DNA of 63,463 nucleotides, filler included, from Stramenopiles sp. TOSAG23-2 (Eukaryota), in NCBI GenBank assembly GCA_900128395.1. It is 16 parts of 16 records of this genome, joined end to end, with 100 filler letters (N's around TTAATTAATTAA, not from the genome) between each part and the next. Parts side by side here need not be neighbours in the genome. Positions count along the whole stretch, not along the records: positions 56,788 to 61,023 come from LT650948.1; positions 61,124 to 62,243 come from LT653672.1; positions 62,344 to 63,463 come from LT653673.1; 13 more parts are not named here. The stretch is one strand, 5' to 3'. The number at the start of each line of letters is the position of its first letter. Within the stretch, counting starts at the first letter, position 1. Of the stretch, positions 59,767 through 63,463 are shown piece after piece. The position numbers and the translations under genes are program-made. The notes below the pieces were generated by a model. That model did not search any database, had not been told where the DNA came from, and saw only the letters and a program-made list of their open reading frames with translations.

Positions 59767-61023
59767 TTAATATCCTTGACCTTTTAAGCTTGCTTTGTCA
59801 TCTTCCTGGTTGCTGCATCCACAATTTGTTTCATGGCATATTTGTTTTGCAATTGTCATTGTCTTTTTATGGAAATTAGGATGTTTATAAAGTTGTCCAA
59901 TACGTAACATGACAGATAAATACAAAGGATTCTCTCCATCTCCTGGTTTTGCAATTAATTCTTTAAACATCTTACCAATTTCAGTACTATCAATATCTTT
60001 ACCCTTTTCTTTTTCTTCCACCATCATCCTAACAAAATCAGCATTGCAATAATCAACTTCATTTCCTTGGGTAATTCCTTTGGCACAATGGCAATGCTTA
60101 CGTGATTCATCCGCTACCATGCAAGCCTCATACCCTCCTGTTTCTAATCCAGGTACAACATCTTCTGGTAATTTTCTATTGACTAAAACATGCCAATTTA
60201 AAACATCACTATTGCCTTCAAATATAGTTTTTTGTTTTGTAACAAGCATGCCAATCGCTTCTGTACATTTGCTACAATGGGAAACAAAACTATTCACATA
60301 CATTGCCTTGCACATACTATTTTCACGTAAAATTTCAATTGGTGTCATGGACAAGATATCTTTCTTTTTAGCCTTGTTTTCAAAATTAGCAGTCAAACGT
60401 TTTACTTGCTCTTGTATTTTTTTAATACAATTCGGTATTGATGTTGCCAATTCCATATTTTTCCAATCTACTTTCATACCAAATTTGCTTTCAGTATCTT
60501 TTAATATCTTTAAGTTGAAAACGGAAGTTTGTTTCATATCATATTTGATTTGCTCCCAAATACCATATAATCCAGGTAAATTAAAATCTGCACTGTGAAC
60601 CATACCAATCGATGCTTCATTAAATTTAAGTTCCACTAAATCGCCGTCAAATTGCATGTCCCATTTAATGCAGTATTTACCAATGGATTTAACGAATTTC
60701 TCCGCATTCCAATATCCAGCAGTAAATTTGGTCAATGTATTTAAAATAGGTGTGACAGGCATATGTACAGTTGAACCAGCAAGAAATTTTAACAAATCAA
60801 GCATATTGATACAATATGGTTTATTGCTTGGAGATTCCCCTAGATTTACTAATGTAAACAATGGTTTAAATTTAGCTTTCTCCGACGTTTTCACTCCTAC
60901 TTGTGCGGTTAATTTTGTTGGAATTCCAAGTTTTTGAAACATTTGTAACATTGCTTCTTTTCCTGATAATGGATGGTTCACTTTTTGTTCTTGTTTACCA
61001 AACATTTTTGCCGTTTCCTTCTC
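59767..61023 (-). CDS. Hypothetical protein (more than 412 aa), probably 5'-partial
   Basis: Long ORF, frame open to the contig edge; Cys/His clusters (HCSKC, HCHC, CHETNCGC); no family recognised. Confidence 0.65.
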   Translation of the reverse strand, partial: EKETAKMFGKQEQKVNHPLSGKEAMLQMFQKLGIPTKLTAQVGVKTSEKAKFKPLFTLVNLGESPSNKPYCINMLDLLKFLAGSTVHMPVTPILNTLTKFTAGYWNAEKFVKSIGKYCIKWDMQFDGDLVELKFNEASIGMVHSADFNLPGLYGIWEQIKYDMKQTSVFNLKILKDTESKFGMKVDWKNMELATSIPNCIKKIQEQVKRLTANFENKAKKKDILSMTPIEILRENSMCKAMYVNSFVSHCSKCTEAIGMLVTKQKTIFEGNSDVLNWHVLVNRKLPEDVVPGLETGGYEACMVADESRKHCHCAKGITQGNEVDYCNADFVRMMVEEKEKGKDIDSTEIGKMFKELIAKPGDGENPLYLSVMLRIGQLYKHPNFHKKTMTIAKQICHETNCGCSNQEDDKASLKGQGY

Positions 61024-61309
61024 NNNNNNNNNNNNNNNNNNNNNNNNNNNNNNNNNNNNNNNNNNNNTTAATTAATTAANNNNNNNNNNNNNNNNNNNNN
61101 NNNNNNNNNNNNNNNNNNNNNNNCACAAGTGTAACACACTCGTATACCAAATACGACTTCGTACGCTTCGTATGTTTTTTTGACGAAGTAGTTAATATAT
61201 ATATATATATACGAACTTCGTATATACGAGTAATTATTATAATTTTTGTACTCGCGTATTTTTCTTCCTTCGTATTCCAAGTATGTCGTATTCTCCTCTC
61301 TTCTCATTT

Positions 61310-62243
61310 TCATTGCGTTTTCTTTCCTTTTTCAAAAACTAAATTATTTATACGTATTGTCTCCTCACCGTCTTTTTCACTTAAATATTTTCCAACATCT
61401 TCAACCGTTTCCACTATAACAACTTTTTTTCGACTGAATGTTAATGCTTGTAACACATCACTCATTTCCCAGGAAGGTGTTATGGCTAAGATAATAGTTG
61501 ATACAGCCTTCCCTTTTAGATTGTTATTTCCATGCAATATATGAAAAGTATTGGTAAATTCACTTTCTTTTAATACTCGTATTTTATCATTAGATCCACC
61601 AGATCCGTATAAGTCAAGATATTTTGATAGCAAATTATTATATTGTTGTGTATCTAATACAACAATTTTAATATTATCCTTTGCTTTCTTTCGCCCACTT
61701 GTAACATTTTTAACTTTTTTCAAACTTTTTCGCCACAACATTCCACCTAACTTTCCTTTTTTTTTATTAGTATTGTTATCTGTGTTATTATCAATATTGT
61801 TGTTATCTGTTCTAGTAGTTTTTGTTCTTGATCGTAAAATTAAAATTCTTCTTGCTCATAACAAATTAATAATAACTCAACCCCGTGATTGACAGTATCG
61901 ATCAAGTTGCTTTTAGACGCATCCAATTCGAATCTATTGTATTGATATTTATGCCCAGTTTTAAATAATAACATGGATATTGAAAGGTTGGTACTATCAC
62001 CTCGGTTCCACGGTTTACTAATCAGATTTTCTAGATTAATATTTGATTTTTGAAAAGTAACATCACATTTTAATGCATACATTAATTGTGTGAAATGTCT
62101 GAGTTTGGCTAAATGCGGATCGCGATATGATTTTTCTAAATTTTTTCGCAATACCTCGAGCTTATTATTAAATATGTTGCTATCGGTAATAAATTTGTCC
62201 ATTCCTGTTAATGATTCGACTAAATTTCGTTTTTCTATTAAAT
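61310..62243 (-). CDS. Hypothetical protein C-terminus in two frames (61840..62243 and 61310..about 61856)
   Basis: Two overlapping open frames with similar composition; the junction near 61850 is not resolved by a convincing intron. Confidence 0.35.
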
Positions 62244-62344
62244 NNNNNNNNNNNNNNNNNNNNNNNNNNNNNNNNNNNNNNNNNNNNTTAATTAATTAAN
62301 NNNNNNNNNNNNNNNNNNNNNNNNNNNNNNNNNNNNNNNNNNNG

Positions 62345-62434
62345 CCAGTTCAATCTTCACTAAAAGGTGATAAATGGAAACTATCATTAACAATGTCAGA
62401 TGAAACTGAGGAAAGTTATCAATCCAAGTTGTGA
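62345..62434 (+). CDS. 3' end of a gene ending in the peroxisomal targeting signal SKL
   Basis: PVQSSLKGDKWKLSLTMSDETEESYQSKL*. Confidence 0.45.
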   Translation, partial: PVQSSLKGDKWKLSLTMSDETEESYQSKL

Positions 62435-62601
62435 AATTAAATACGGGCGCGTGTGGTAAAATGTTTTTGTGTCCGGGTGTTGCTTTATTTACAATATATA
62501 TATGTATAAAAGTGTAGTGTTTTAGGCATTTTCATTTTTTACGAATCGTACAATTTTACGGCCAGTCGTCTTCTCTACTGTATTATATCTATCCATACTC
62601 T

Positions 62602-63426
62602 CTACTTCTTCCGCCGGGGCTTCTCTGAAGAAGCCTTTGCCTTCATGGTACGATTATATGCCATGGCAAGATTAAACCAGTGCCGTAATTTGCTCATAGA
62701 ATTAAAGTGTGATGATTCAATCATCAATGTGCCTGGAAAAGCACGACCGCTCTTCATGATACAACGCTGGACACCTACAGGAGAATCAGCTAGTGTTGAG
62801 ATCACAGCTTCCTCTCCCACACGTACTAGAAGGTTTTCGCTATAAGAGCTACTATTATTCCCAAATCCAAGAAACATATTACCACGAACCATAAACATGG
62901 CAAAGCCAAACATTTGCTTTTCCTCAAAATCCCAATCTTCAGGTACATTATCAGCCACAAAAGTCTGTACAAAGTGCCATCCATTTAACTCACTCTCTGT
63001 ATATCTCTTTTTCTTCTTCCGTTTCTTCTTAGCGGGTGCACCGGCTGCAGGAAGACCTGGAACAAGCCCTGTCAAAATTGAATTTTGAGATGAATTATTA
63101 TTTACATTTTTACTGAGGTTGTTTACATTTTTTAATCGCTTTTGTCTCGTGGAACTGAGAGTTGGTTTTTCCGTCAAATTATTAATGTTGTTTACATCCT
63201 TAGATAGCTTTTTTCTCTTTCTTTCAAGTCTTTTTGCAGCAGCAATTTGTTGTTTCTTCTTCTGTTGTTCTTCCAAGTCCTTTTTTATACTTGTTTTACT
63301 AAGTCCTAATGAAGCAAGTTTCTTTTTATTTGATTTGATATTTTTCAAACGTGCTATTTCATACGCTGAAAGGCCCGTATGATTATTATTATTAGAAGAT
63401 GATGATGATACTGTTGTGGAAGACAT
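62602..63426 (-). CDS. TfoX N-terminal-domain protein with eukaryotic LSxYE..RL.NI..N...L.SLGL N-terminal motif
   Basis: EEKQMFG.AMFMVRGNMFLG...LLVRVGEE...M.SGR.FPG.LMI......L.HW..LA..YN.TM; basic NLS-like runs. Confidence 0.7.
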   Translation of the reverse strand: MSSTTVSSSSSNNNNHTGLSAYEIARLKNIKSNKKKLASLGLSKTSIKKDLEEQQKKKQQIAAAKRLERKRKKLSKDVNNINNLTEKPTLSSTRQKRLKNVNNLSKNVNNNSSQNSILTGLVPGLPAAGAPAKKKRKKKKRYTESELNGWHFVQTFVADNVPEDWDFEEKQMFGFAMFMVRGNMFLGFGNNSSSYSENLLVRVGEEAVISTLADSPVGVQRCIMKSGRAFPGTLMIESSHFNSMSKLRHWFNLAMAYNRTMKAKASSEKPRRKK

Positions 63427-63463
63427 CTTTATATTAGAGGTATCAAAGGAAAGATCGCGAAGT

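Noticed and set aside
61140-61292. TACG/CGTA-rich intergenic patch (similar patches at about 11255-11370 and 58520-58670) as a mobile element
   Set aside because: Only short imperfect inverted matches; no definable termini or TSD
61310-61741. ERCC4/EME1-like domain call
   Set aside because: Only a vague resemblance; no diagnostic motif and an unresolved frame junction
554-63382. Numerous short antisense or alternate-frame ORFs in the track (for example 27688..28203, 36801..37406, 41059..41622, 60080..60598)
   Set aside because: Shadows of longer recognisable genes or of low-complexity repeats; no independent motifs
1-63463. Apparent cluster of ciliary genes (CFAP251, KATNIP, CEP104, PIERCE-like, WDR60)
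   Set aside because: Contigs are length-sorted and artificially joined; only CEP104 and the PIERCE-like gene share a contig

Overview
AT-rich eukaryotic nuclear DNA from a flagellated, probably heterotrophic stramenopile-like protist (inferred from gene content, poly-Asn tracts, few introns with GTAAGT/CTAAC/YAG signals). The window is not one locus. It is 16 unrelated contigs (14 of about 4.24-4.29 kb in descending length, then two of 1120 bp) joined by artificial N44-TTAATTAATTAA-N44 linkers, so many genes are partial and cross-linker synteny is meaningless. Recognisable genes: ciliary/centriolar CFAP251, KATNIP, CEP104, PIERCE1-like and WDR60/DYNC2I1; a PI-PLC C-terminus; RBM42; an SDR; DUF1826; kinases; LRR and ankyrin proteins; several secreted or surface proteins. 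Most notable: (1) a nuclear, intron-containing, probably organelle-targeted double-LAGLIDADG protein with a degenerate second active site; (2) a bacterial-type TfoX-N domain fused to a eukaryotic nuclear motif; (3) one in-frame TGA inside an otherwise intact CFAP251; (4) a secreted PHM/DBH-like copper monooxygenase with an internal heme-type DOMON; (5) a dynein microtubule-binding domain inside an ankyrin/IQ/TRAF protein; (6) at least four different small non-autonomous DNA elements, three with clear TIRs and TSDs; (7) a recurrent intergenic palindrome TACCWGGTA. All family calls are by motif recognition; no searches were run.
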